DNA from: an uncultured virus (IMG/VR IMGVR_UViG_2049941000_000054)
Taxonomy: Duplodnaviria > Heunggongvirae > Uroviricota > Caudoviricetes
Length of the DNA: 64,000 nucleotides
Virus record (IMG/VR): IMGVR_UViG_2049941000_000054
Strand: one strand, 5' to 3'
The notes under the pieces were generated by a model. The model ran no database searches. It saw only the letters and a program-made list of their open reading frames with translations, and had not been told where the DNA came from. Shown one piece after another: positions 12,247-22,206 of the stretch. Numbering within the stretch: the first letter of the stretch is position 1; the number at the start of each line of letters is the position of its first letter. The translations under genes and the position numbers were made by a program.

Positions 12247-14237
12247 ATGGCTATCAGCAAGGTTAAACTGCCGGACAATTCCTCGCAGGACATCAACGAT
12301 GCAAGAATAGCGTCCACGGATATAACCCAGTGGAACGGCAAGCAGGCCGCGCTCGTTTCGGGCACGAACATCAAGACGGTCAATAACGAGAGCCTTCTTG
12401 GTAGCGGGAACCTCACTATTACTGGGGAGCCAGGCGATGATGGTGTAGGAATTGCCTCGGTTGTGCAGACCGTCGAATCCACCACGCCGGGCGGAACGAA
12501 CGTCATCACCATAACCAAGACTGACGGAACAAGCAGCACGGTAAATGTGAGGAACGGAGATGGGGTCGGGACAGTGGCAATAGTGCAGACCACAGGAACG
12601 TCAACCACCTCTGCTATGAGTCAGGACGGAACGACAAAGGCTCTGACGGCCATTACCGATGAACTTGGCTATGCCGCATACGAAAAGACTCTTACTCCGA
12701 GCGACTACGCCAACGTGATATGGGGAGGTGACAAATGGTATGCCTCCAATGCGAATTTCAACGGTTACGTTGCCAAGGTACACGCAGGTGCGACGGTTAC
12801 GGTCAGCACAGTGCCTTCCACCAAGGGGCGAATCCTGCTATTCGCAGACAAGCCGGAGGTCGGGGTATCTACCCCTTCCGGCTCCTACATAGATCCTGGC
12901 AACGGAGCGTCTTACACTGTACCATTCTCATTTACGGTTCCAGAAGGCAAGGAATGGCTGTTCTTCGGCGTGACGTTATCCTCTACGACAAAGGATGTAT
13001 CCTTCTCCGAAACTGGGGGCGGCTTATTGCAAATGTATAAGGAGTTTACCGATTCAGGGGGAGGATCTGTCGATATTACCTTCACNNNNNNNNNNNNNNN
13101 NNNNNNNNNNNNNNNNNNNNNNNNNNNNNNNNNNNNNNNNCTAACTATTACATTACAACAGATTTCAGTCTTCCGATAAGATTTACTTATTGGACGGACA
13201 ACCCCGCTTCGGATATGAGCGGCTCCTCTCACAAGCAAATGTCCATTTCTGAGTATAACGGAGACACGTTCATCGCAAATCATTACTTCTACCTTGACGA
13301 GACCCACACCATAACTATCGCATCATTCAACAGTGCGACAACCCGTGTCTTGGTGTACGGAGCGACAGCCGTTGGCTCGGTTGTGAACTGCAAGATGACG
13401 ATGGAACATATCGGGACACTCAACGCTGAGTTGGAGACAAGGATAGAATCAGTCGGCTTGCGTGATTATAGCACCTTGAAATGCGTATGTCTCGGAGATA
13501 GTATCACCGAGAGTCTTGGCTCGGCAACGACATATCCCGACTACCTCCACAACATATCCAGGATGAGCGTCTATGGTTGCGGCTTCGGGGGTTCGGACTG
13601 GGCGCAAAGGGCGGAGCAGTCGGCGACACCGACATTGGCCAACGCTTACGCCGCCTATGACCTTGTAAACCTTGTAAAGAGCTGGTGCGACAACGACTTC
13701 ACCTATATAGATGCAGCCCAAGCGTTCCTTAGCAGCAACCAAGGTGATGATAATTCGGCACAGATTGCAAGGCTGAAAGCACAGACAGTTGCAAATACGG
13801 ATATGGTTATCATTATGTCCGGCGTGAATGATTTTACCAGGAACAAGGTTCTCGGAGATGCTGACAGCACCAACAAGGGAGAGGTGTCCGGGGCTATCAA
13901 TCTGGTAATCCAATACCTCTTGACTGCGAACCCGAACCTTACCATCTATCTGGTGAACAACAAGCGGTACTATGCCAACGGCAACTTCACCGATGCCGGA
14001 CTTTCGGATAACATCACTAACGGCCAGGGACTACATTTGAGCGACTACAACGAATGTATCGCAAGGCAGGCGGCGAAGTGGAATATCCCGATATGCGACG
14101 TTCACGATTCGCTCGGTTGGAATAAGTATAACCATAGTGTTTACTTCGCCAGCGACGGGGCGCACTGTACGAGCAAGGGATATGAGATTATTGCCCGAAA
14201 GATATGGTCATTTATCAAGGCAAACGAAATATTCTGA
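12247..14237 (+). CDS. Tail fibre/spike with C-terminal SGNH (GDSL) hydrolase domain
   Basis: KQAALVSGTNIKTVNNESLLGSGN fibre motif; the frame after the gap is open into the 13215 ORF; catalytic blocks GDSIT, GFGG, GVND, DGAH. Confidence 0.75.
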
Positions 14238-14241
14238 TAGT

Positions 14242-14469
14242 ATGAAAGACGTACTCAAAATAGTAATCTTCGCCCTCGCATTGGTCGGATTCGTGACACT
14301 CGTCATACACCTCCATTGGCTCGGAGCAATCGGAGTCCTCGGTGTGGTATGGGGCGACATCAAGCCGACAAGCGAGGCGGCAGACAGGACGATTGACAGA
14401 ATACTTGCCCTGTGGGACAAGTGGAAACAGAATAGAAAAGAAGTCAAGGAGGAAAATAGCGATGAATGA
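14242..14469 (+). CDS. Small two-TM membrane protein, holin candidate
   Basis: MKDVLKIVIFALALVGFVTLVI..WLGAIGVLGVVW, charged C-terminus, upstream of endolysin. Confidence 0.5.
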   Translation: MKDVLKIVIFALALVGFVTLVIHLHWLGAIGVLGVVWGDIKPTSEAADRTIDRILALWDKWKQNRKEVKEENSDE

Positions 14470-14956
14470 TTTGTTGTTACAGATTCTGATGCCGCTCGCA
14501 GGAGCCGTAGGAGGTGGCGGCATTGTCGAACTCCTGCACTGGAGATCTAACAAACGGAAGGCGGCAGCCGAAGCTACCAAGGCGGAGGCGGAAGCCGGTG
14601 ACACCCGCATCGATGCAATGAGCAAGCTGGTCGACCAAATGCAGGAGCAGGAGGACAAGTACATCGCACTCATCAACGATAAGGATGCCCGTATCGAGTC
14701 TGTCCTCCAGGACAATATCGCACTCAAGAGTGAGGCTACCAGCGCGGAGCTGCTGATGTGTGTCAACCTCGGATGCCCACTCCGCAAGCCTGTCCAGGGG
14801 CAGGGCAAGAAGTGGTACGAGGCCCATTCTGACTCGCCTGACATCGGAGCGAACTACACTCCTATCAACGTGCTGCTTAAGATGTACGGAGACCGCAAGA
14901 AACGGATGATCCAAGAAGCCGGAGAAGACAATGGGCAAGATGAAAATACTGATTGA
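14462..14956 (+). CDS. Holin-like protein (N-terminal TM plus coiled coil)
   Basis: MNDLLLQILMPLAGAVGGGGIV.., coiled coil, C...C..R.P motif; overlaps the endolysin gene. Confidence 0.5.
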   Translation: MNDLLLQILMPLAGAVGGGGIVELLHWRSNKRKAAAEATKAEAEAGDTRIDAMSKLVDQMQEQEDKYIALINDKDARIESVLQDNIALKSEATSAELLMCVNLGCPLRKPVQGQGKKWYEAHSDSPDIGANYTPINVLLKMYGDRKKRMIQEAGEDNGQDENTD

Positions 14957-15545
14957 CAACGGGCACGGATATAACTGTAAGGGTAAGGGTTCTCCTTGGA
15001 GTCTTTCAAAGACCCCTCCAGAACTTCCTTTCCGTGAGTGGGAATGGACACGTAAGTGTGCTTCTGCTATTGTAACTGCCCTTCGGAAGAAAGGCTATGA
15101 TGCTGAATTGCTCGTACCGGAAACGGTAGACGTTTCTCTGTCCACCAGGGTCAAGAGGGTAAATACGATCTGTGATAAACTTGGCGCGTCCAATGTCTGT
15201 CTTGTCTCCATCCATAACAATGCTGCCGGTAACGGCAAGAAATGGATGACGGCACGAGGCTGGGCTGGGTATGTCTACACGGTTGCATCTGCCAATTCCA
15301 AGATACTGGCGACAAAGATATTCGAAGCCGTTGAACGCAAGGGGGTAAAAGTCAGAAAGCCTTCGGTATACCAGAAGTTCTGGACGGAAAACTTCTACAT
15401 CCTTCGATACACTAAGTGCCCTGCCGTTCTTACAGAGAATCTGTTCCAGGACAACATCAGTGATGTGACCTATCTGAACTCTTCCGTAGGTTTGAACGAA
15501 CTTGTGGATGCCCACGTTGAGGGAATAATCAATTATGTAAAATGA
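14931..15545 (+). CDS. Endolysin, N-acetylmuramoyl-L-alanine amidase (Amidase_3)
   Basis: ILIDNGHG, E.EW, VSIHNNA, PAVLTENLF motifs. Confidence 0.93.
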   Translation: MGKMKILIDNGHGYNCKGKGSPWSLSKTPPELPFREWEWTRKCASAIVTALRKKGYDAELLVPETVDVSLSTRVKRVNTICDKLGASNVCLVSIHNNAAGNGKKWMTARGWAGYVYTVASANSKILATKIFEAVERKGVKVRKPSVYQKFWTENFYILRYTKCPAVLTENLFQDNISDVTYLNSSVGLNELVDAHVEGIINYVK

Positions 15546-16003
15546 GAGCGAAGTTACTCATAATGCCGATCCTCTTCTCCGTGCTGGCAGGATGCTGTCC
15601 GAAGGTCTTCACGCCGACGACGATAAAGGATTCAGTGCGTGTGGAGATCCGGGATCGTATCATACACGATACCACTACCGTGACCATCCCGGTCGAAGTC
15701 GAGAAGATAGTGACCCGGGATACCGTCTCTCATTTACAGAACACCTACGCCAAGAGCGATGCGGTTGTTTCCGGGGGATTTCTCTTCCATTCGCTCGAGT
15801 CTATTCCCCAGATCATACGTGTCCCATTCGACCGGGTTGTAACGGATACGCTATGGCGCGAATCTGTGACCGTAGAGAGCGAAAAAATAGTAGAGATAGA
15901 GAAACCCTTATCTTGGTGGCAAAAGTTCCGTATGGGGGCATTTTGGTGGCTTTCCGGGGCGGTATTGCTTTTGCTCGCCTGGACGTTTCGTAAATTCCTG
16001 TAA
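15542..16003 (+). CDS. Spanin candidate (lipoprotein with C-terminal TM helix)
   Basis: Lipobox LAG/C at residues 15-18 and C-terminal GAFWWLSGAVLLLLAW; directly after endolysin. Confidence 0.65.
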   Translation: MRAKLLIMPILFSVLAGCCPKVFTPTTIKDSVRVEIRDRIIHDTTTVTIPVEVEKIVTRDTVSHLQNTYAKSDAVVSGGFLFHSLESIPQIIRVPFDRVVTDTLWRESVTVESEKIVEIEKPLSWWQKFRMGAFWWLSGAVLLLLAWTFRKFL

Positions 16004-16212
16004 TATTTAACGGATGTCTAAGGCTCGCATAAAGGTTACCGTCAAAAAGACGACGGCTCGCGGAGGGAACCTGATAGCCAGGGTCCNNNNNNNNNNNNNN
16101 NNNNNNNNNNNNNNNNNNNNNNNNNNNNNNNNNNNNNNNNNNNNNAAGAACGCAACCCCAAGCGGGCAGAAACTTTATCAAACAAAAGCTCAAATCGCAA
16201 CACATCTATACC

Positions 16213-16611
16213 GTGGACAACGCCCCCAGACCTCTCGACTTAGAAGGGCTAATTAAGAAGTTAAGATCGGTTACACTTGCCGTACAATTAATTCCCTTCG
16301 TCTACAATGTCCTTTACATTTTGGCATTGATCATTTATTATGAGGGTTCTGAAACCGCAGCTCAAGTCGCAGACTCCTTTATGTACGTATCCCCTGTTAC
16401 CATTGTCAGCTTTCTCGTATTGTCGAAAATGCTAAAGCTGTGTAAGTGGCACAAAACCGCCTGCTGTATCCCCCTTGTCCCGAGCCTTGTTTCCTTTATC
16501 GATTACTATATCATTGAACTATCCGAAATAGCCGTGCTCGTGGAATTTTGTATGATCGCGGGCATGATAATCGTACTCTTAATATCCGCTTATAAAGTAT
16601 TCCTATGCTAA
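16213..16611 (+). CDS. Four-TM membrane protein
   Basis: Four hydrophobic segments, KLCKWH motif. Confidence 0.65.
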   Translation: MDNAPRPLDLEGLIKKLRSVTLAVQLIPFVYNVLYILALIIYYEGSETAAQVADSFMYVSPVTIVSFLVLSKMLKLCKWHKTACCIPLVPSLVSFIDYYIIELSEIAVLVEFCMIAGMIIVLLISAYKVFLC

Positions 16612-16886
16612 ATCCTAAGACTTATCTTGCCGAGATCCTCGATTATTACAAGTACAAGTTAGACAACAACCTCTGTACGATGGAAGAGATGAATTCCTTA
16701 GCGAAGACAATCCAAGAAAATATGGAGATACAGGGGACGATATCCGACTTCGCCAAGTTCTATGACCAGCCGGAATCCTCGGTTAGAGCGACTATCTCCC
16801 GTAAACTTTTAGACAAGCCCNNNNNNNNNNTATCCTTTCAATTCCTTTTCTAGAATCGTTCCAAATAAGTGGCATAAGAATAAGTA
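16605..16886 (+). CDS. Small putative DNA-binding (HTH-like) protein; 3' end uncertain (gap)
   Basis: TISDFAKFYDQPESSVRATISR resembles a helix-turn-helix. Confidence 0.45.
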
Positions 16887-16996
16887 GTTAGCATTAATAT
16901 GTAGCGAATTACCCTCCGCTATTTCTTCTTCCGAACTTTGCATTGACGATACGGCCTATCGCGATGCAAAGTTTAATTTTTAATGCTAACTAACTT

Positions 16997-17821
16997 ATGG
17001 CTGAAGACAAGACAATCATAATGCCCGACAACCAGAGCGGTTGGGGCAGTGTGCCTGCAGTGTGGGCGCTTAATAACGGCTATGGCTTTGGTAATGGCTA
17101 TGGCTTTGGTAACGGACTCTTCGAGATCGGAAGAGCGGTTCAGCAGGAATGCCGAGACCGATATCGNNNNNNNNNNTCAACGGGACGGATGCAGACGTTC
17201 GTCTCCTTGCTACAACCCTCAACAGCGACATCGACAGCGTAAGGCTTGCGATCAATACTGTCCAGGGTGCCGTCCAGCAGGTTGGCTCTACCGTAGGTCT
17301 TACCGGCCAGCAGGTCATCAACGCTATCCAGCAGGGCGATGCGGCTCTCGCTTCCCAGTTGTGCCAGTGCTGCTGCCAGACACAGCAGCAGATCGCGGCG
17401 CAGGGCTACGAGAATCAGCTCCGCACTGTCGAACAGACCAACACGCTCGGAAACGCCATCACCTTCAGCGGACAGCGTAACGTAGATGCCATCGCCGACC
17501 TTAAGACCACTATGGTCAAGGAATTCTGCGACCTTAAGGAGCGTGACATGCAGGAGAAGATCAATAGCCTCACTGCTAGCAACTCTCTCCTCCGCAGCCA
17601 GATCGATAACGCTGCTCAGACAGCCACTATTGCCGGTCTCANNNNNNNNNNTCGCTCCTGTAGCCAAGGAGGTGGACGACATCAAGTGCAGGATGCCTCA
17701 GACGGTTCCGGTGCAGTGGCCTCAGTTGACCGCAGTTAACACCACTCCTTATGTGAGCGGTGGATTCTACGGTAACGGATGGAACAACTTCGGATTCGGA
17801 AACAACGGTCTCTATTTCTAA
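16997..17821 (+). CDS. Conserved phage protein with Gly/Asn-rich ends and CQCCC coiled coil (across gaps and adapter)
   Basis: NNGYGFGNGYGFGNG N-terminus; ALASQLCQCCCQTQQQI; C-terminal GGFYGNGWNNFGFGNNG. Confidence 0.65.
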
Positions 17822-17834
17822 AAGAAGGTAGGCT

Positions 17835-18167
17835 ATGTTCGGATGCGTTAATGTAACAACCAACGTGAATGGCATCCCGTACCTTCGCACCACTGGCGTA
17901 ACGGTCGGTAGCGATTCGGTGGATTTCTCTCTGGGCTTCCGGAGGATTCCGCCGGTCGGCTACCTGACCATCAACATCGCAGATGCGATTCCCGATGGTA
18001 CAACAGGCACATTGCCGGTGCGATTCACTCTGAACGGGCAGACCCGTGCCCTTACTTCCTTCGGCGGGGTAACAGTAACTGCCGCTGATCTCTCAGAAAC
18101 CGGCATAATCCAGGTCTTCTACGACTGGTACAATGGTTTCCTTCAAGTAACATCACCAATCATTTAA
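17835..18167 (+). CDS. Hypothetical beta-sandwich protein
   Basis: 110-aa ORF in operon; NVNGIPYL...GTLPV. Confidence 0.7.
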   Translation: MFGCVNVTTNVNGIPYLRTTGVTVGSDSVDFSLGFRRIPPVGYLTINIADAIPDGTTGTLPVRFTLNGQTRALTSFGGVTVTAADLSETGIIQVFYDWYNGFLQVTSPII

Positions 18168-18179
18168 TCAACAATAACA

Positions 18180-18695
18180 ATGCTCAGCAATTTACGTCCT
18201 GGTACGCCGGTTTACATCCTTTATAAGAATGGACCACGCGTCGCAACCGCAAAGGTCGCGCAACTTAGCAGTCAGTATCCACCACAGTTTAACTTCCAGA
18301 TGCCGCCTAACGGGGTCAACCCCGGGCCGATGTTCGACCTGACGATCGAAGTCGACGGGAAGACGGAACTCTATCCGAAGATCCCGACATCTTCTTCTAT
18401 AGCCGAATTTCCGGACAAGGGTGTCATCATCAGTGAGACGAGGGATGGAATAATCAACGAAGTCAATGCCATCAGAAGCGCCAGCGTTACCGCGCTTGAA
18501 CAGGTAGATGCTCACAAAGGGGTTATCGCATCTTGCGACCAGCTCTTGCTGGAACTGAACCCGCAACTAAAGAGGGAGCAAGAACAGGCGAATGAGATCG
18601 CGACTTTAAAGCAACAACTGGCCGGAATGAGCGACCAGATAGCGGCTCTGACCGGGATGCTATCTAAGTCGCTGGGTAAGAAAAAGGAGGAATAA
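18180..18695 (+). CDS. Hypothetical protein with C-terminal coiled coil
   Basis: 171-aa ORF, A-rich leader. Confidence 0.7.
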   Translation: MLSNLRPGTPVYILYKNGPRVATAKVAQLSSQYPPQFNFQMPPNGVNPGPMFDLTIEVDGKTELYPKIPTSSSIAEFPDKGVIISETRDGIINEVNAIRSASVTALEQVDAHKGVIASCDQLLLELNPQLKREQEQANEIATLKQQLAGMSDQIAALTGMLSKSLGKKKEE

Positions 18696-18698
18696 ATA

Positions 18699-18959
18699 AT
18701 GGGATATTCTATCTATAATCTAAGGAGCGGATACCGCCACGAAGAGGACGAGTCTGAAGAGTTCTTCGAAGCCGCCGAGAAGGCACGCAGAGCTGTCGAG
18801 AAGATGCACGATCTCGCCTGTGAGATGGAAGACCGCTATTCCGAGCGCTATTATGGCGGAAGGGGTGGCTACGGTCGCCGCGATCGTGAAGGCTGGGACG
18901 AGATGGACGGGATGTATGGAATGCGCCGTCGTCGCGACAGTCGTGGAAGATATATGTAA
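18699..18959 (+). CDS. Small protein with Arg/Gly/Tyr-rich tail
   Basis: YYGGRGGYGRR...GMRRRRDSRGRYM. Confidence 0.7.
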   Translation: MGYSIYNLRSGYRHEEDESEEFFEAAEKARRAVEKMHDLACEMEDRYSERYYGGRGGYGRRDREGWDEMDGMYGMRRRRDSRGRYM

Positions 18960-19004
18960 TACCAAGGGGCGGGTCTTGCTCGCCCCATAAACCGTTAAAG
19001 GAAT

Positions 19005-19406
19005 ATGACGAGGCTTGATTATTACGATATACTGCCTGCAGGAATGGATGCCTATCTCTCCAACTATGGGTGGCACTTTTCCAAGCCCTTGTGCGAATGG
19101 GCAGTAGACAAGATGCGGGATAGGAACGGAGAACGTGTGAAGATGAAGCCGAAAGAAGAGGTCGATGCCATTCTCAAAAGGAATAACATCGAACTTGTAA
19201 ACGACTACGCATATGATGCGACGTACGTAATGCATATGGGTCTGGCGGATTACTTCGGCAGTTCTGTCGTAGACGAAGCACACTTGGCAAAATATGTCAA
19301 GGACGTACTGGACGACGAGGACGGTTATGACGGGGTCGCCCTTACCCGATTCCTCGCGGACTGTAACGCCAAGGGGATACCTATTGTTTGGCAAGACGTG
19401 ATTTAG
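19005..19406 (+). CDS. Conserved Bacteroidetes phage hypothetical protein
   Basis: YL..YGWHFS..LCEWAV..M and ..DD.DGYDG...RF.AD motifs. Confidence 0.7.
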   Translation: MTRLDYYDILPAGMDAYLSNYGWHFSKPLCEWAVDKMRDRNGERVKMKPKEEVDAILKRNNIELVNDYAYDATYVMHMGLADYFGSSVVDEAHLAKYVKDVLDDEDGYDGVALTRFLADCNAKGIPIVWQDVI

Positions 19407-19408
19407 TT

Positions 19409-19813
19409 ATGACTATTCGTAGGACGAGGATCCGGCGCTGGAATATCGTGTTCTATTTCTCCTTCGACATATACGACAAGGAGCGTATCTACGACGCCCT
19501 GGTCTGGGCGAAGGCGCCCAATTCTGTCATTTCCCAAGTGTTAGAGAATATCAGCGCCGGACGTCTTAACGAGGGCTTTTGCTATAGCAACGCTAAACTG
19601 AGGAGAACGGTTCTGGGAACCGGCATAGCAAGTTCCGGCCCGGAAGTGATGAACTCTATGGTCCACGAAATTATACACATATGCCAGCATATAGCGGAGG
19701 AAGACGGGCTGGATCCCTACGGAGAGGAATTCGCCTATCTGGGTGGAGATATAGCACGGGAGGTGTCAGATATTGTCTGCGTGCTCTCGTGCCCTCATTG
19801 CAGGGGTAAGTAG
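19409..19813 (+). CDS. Putative zincin-like metallopeptidase
   Basis: VHEIIH (HExxH) plus downstream GEEFAYL.G; C-terminal CPHC. Confidence 0.55.
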   Translation: MTIRRTRIRRWNIVFYFSFDIYDKERIYDALVWAKAPNSVISQVLENISAGRLNEGFCYSNAKLRRTVLGTGIASSGPEVMNSMVHEIIHICQHIAEEDGLDPYGEEFAYLGGDIAREVSDIVCVLSCPHCRGK

Positions 19814-19822
19814 CCCTTGCAT

Positions 19823-19862
19823 AATAGCCCGTCAGTTTTGCGGTTCTGGCGGGCTATTCTTT
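19823..19862. terminator. Bidirectional terminator between convergent gene blocks
   Basis: AATAGCCCGTCAG / CTGGCGGGCTATT stem at the strand-switch point. Confidence 0.75.
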
Positions 19863-20077
19863 TAGTAGTCGGAAGGTTCGAGGGATTCAATGTAGATCCT
19901 GGCGATAGGGATGCCGGTCTCTCGGCTGAAGGCGTCGATTGTTTTTGGCTTCGGCCAACTCTGCCCTACCTCGATCTTCCATAACGCAGATGGAGTCAGT
20001 CCTAATTTGGATGACATAGCCTTAAGGGTGACTTTGTCCTTTTGGCGTGCTTTTAGAAATACTTGTCCTATATTCAT
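19862..20077 (-). CDS. XRE/Cro-family HTH regulator
   Basis: TLKAMSSKLGLTPSALWKIEVG...PK..TI. Confidence 0.85.
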   Translation of the reverse strand: MNIGQVFLKARQKDKVTLKAMSSKLGLTPSALWKIEVGQSWPKPKTIDAFSRETGIPIARIYIESLEPSDY

Positions 20078-20123
20078 ATCTTGGTCTTATGAAAGTAACT
20101 TTCCTTTGCGATAATGGACGCAA

Positions 20124-20567
20124 TCAGCGCATTCGAAGTCTGTCGATTTCTTCTTTTGTGACATGCCGCTCTGGCATTGAATTCAGCAGGTCGAACAGTT
20201 GCTGCTCCTGCTCCGGGGTGTGACACCGATCCATAATAAGCAGAAAGATGATCGCCATTTCACTAGCCGTTGCTAGGAAGCTGTCGTATTTCTTACCGTT
20301 CCCGAACAGGCCAGACTCGATAGGGTAGTCTCCGTAAAGGAAGGCGTCCTCAAAGAGCCGGCGGATCTCCTCTGCGTTTTGGTGAATCCTGTTCAACTTG
20401 TGCTTCTTATCGTGGACAAAGCCGAATCCGATTTTCTTCATTCGGATCTCTGACTCCTTCCGCATCCGATCCATCACCTCCGCCGCCTGGACGAAGGAGT
20501 TTACGAAGACGGCACAATTCAGGGTCTCTTCGTCGTATTGCGCCGTAGTATTCTCTTCCTTTGTCAT
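20124..20567 (-). CDS. Hypothetical protein
   Basis: 147-aa ORF in a chain of overlapping genes. Confidence 0.65.
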   Translation of the reverse strand: MTKEENTTAQYDEETLNCAVFVNSFVQAAEVMDRMRKESEIRMKKIGFGFVHDKKHKLNRIHQNAEEIRRLFEDAFLYGDYPIESGLFGNGKKYDSFLATASEMAIIFLLIMDRCHTPEQEQQLFDLLNSMPERHVTKEEIDRLRMR

Positions 20568-20993
20568 TTTGCCTGTTTTAAGAAATCGAACAATCCCTTC
20601 ATGCTTNNNNNNNNNNTAATGTCCTCAAAATCCTTTGGGGCAACCTCAAAACTCATAGAGACTACACATGTATAGTCAGGAACCCTAATAGGAGCGGATA
20701 TTTCAAAATTATTTATCTGCACACCTTTGTCAATAGCTTCAATCAAGGCGCAAAGCAGATTTTTTTCATCAAGTGTCATTTCGTCAGTTTTAAGCAATCG
20801 AATATACCCCTCACGACGCTGTCCTTGGTAACGCTGTACCCTTCCGTGATTTGAAGGTTAACAGTCCATCCTCCATTGATGCTATCGGTCTCACACTTGA
20901 TGCCCATGATGTCCGCGCCTGGGTTTCCGTCAAGCATCACAACGGCATCGTCTGGTATCATCGTCATATACCATTTCAGTTCTTTTCCTGTAA

Positions 20994-21355
20994 TCATATC
21001 CAATCTCCGTTAATAGTTCTAATTGGTCGTGTAATGTTCCGCTCACCTTGCGCAATAAACATCCAGTCATCGTCAAAGTGGGACTTGTCAACCTCCATCT
21101 TCTTCGGTATTTCCTTGCGTCTCTCGTATGGTATTCTTCCCGACAGGCATCCGCAAGACCTAACCGATCCGTATTTGAGGTTGTTGCCGAGGACTGTTTT
21201 CTCGGCTCCGCAGTCGCACTTGCATCGCCAATAGACTCTGTTGTGTGTGTCCCATTCGGGCGTTTCCGCGAGTCCGATTACTGTGAGCCTTCCGAACCGT
21301 TGTCCCGTGAGGTCGTTAATCGGCCTCTTGCTGCCGGGTCTATAAACTTTCTTTG
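20994..21355 (-). CDS. Cys-rich DNA-binding domain of HNH/AP2-type homing-endonuclease family (5' end in gap)
   Basis: DLTGQRFGRLTVI...WRCKCDCG...L..G..RSCGC. Confidence 0.7.
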
Positions 21356-21795
21356 NNNNNNNNNNNNNNNNNNNNNNNNNNNNNNNNNNNNNNNNNNNNN
21401 NNNNNNNNNNCTGTAATCCTAATTTGTAGAAATACATCGCTATTCCTCTGATTTCTTCTGCGTTCATCGAATCAAGAGTCGAAACCCACACTTTGTCAAG
21501 TTCTTTATCCACCCATTCATATTCTTCATCCGTGAGTGAATCCATAAAGGTCTCGAACCATTCATCAATCTCTTGTTGGCGTTTGTAGAAAGCCTCCAGT
21601 TCTTCTTTATCTGTTACCATAGTACACTCGTTATTTAATTCTCATCCTTACCTAATTTGTAGAACTTCTTGGCTACGAGCTTGCCCCACCGAAGTAACAC
21701 GTCTGAAAGTTGATTGTAATCTATGCGCGCGACACCCTCACGAGGGCATATCAGGTGTTCTTCCACCCATTTGTCAATCTCTTGGTCGGTCATCG

Positions 21796-22206
21796 TCAGT
21801 CCTCCTTTACGATGATGATGCGAACCTTGTCACCTAATTTGAATTTATCTTCGTTAATAACACGGATTGTCTTGGCGCATAGGCTTCCACTATACCGCAT
21901 TTGTATTTCTCCTTCCACCGCATCCTTCATCATCTGCTCCTTCTGCCATTCTGCAAAGTGGCGGGCGACTATTGCTATCAAGAGTTTATCCTCACCCCTC
22001 TTATATCCATACTCCTCAATGAACTTTTTGATTTCATCATTCAAGTCCTCTGACGGCTTTTCTTCTGGCAGGGTGTCGATGAAGTTTGATATGGTTGCCA
22101 GACCAGTGAAGTAACCATCGTCAAAGCCACATTGCTGGTCGTGCTTTGGCGCTTCGCTATCATATAGCCTTTCAATCTCTTGGCGTATCTTTTCAATGTT
22201 GCTCAT
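21796..22206 (-). CDS. Hypothetical Bacteroidetes phage protein
   Basis: IEKIRQEIERL...ARHFAEWQKEQMMKDAVEG...GDKVRIII. Confidence 0.65.
   Translation of the reverse strand: MSNIEKIRQEIERLYDSEAPKHDQQCGFDDGYFTGLATISNFIDTLPEEKPSEDLNDEIKKFIEEYGYKRGEDKLLIAIVARHFAEWQKEQMMKDAVEGEIQMRYSGSLCAKTIRVINEDKFKLGDKVRIIIVKED

Noticed and set aside
17124..17166. Apparent insertion/frameshift in the 16997 gene (EIGRAVQQECRDR)
   Set aside because: AGATCGGAAGAGCGGTTCAGCAGGAATGCCGAGACCG is Illumina paired-end adapter sequence next to a gap
20994..21620. 208-aa ORF joining an acidic domain to a Cys-rich domain
   Set aside because: Fusion spans an N gap; treated as two genes
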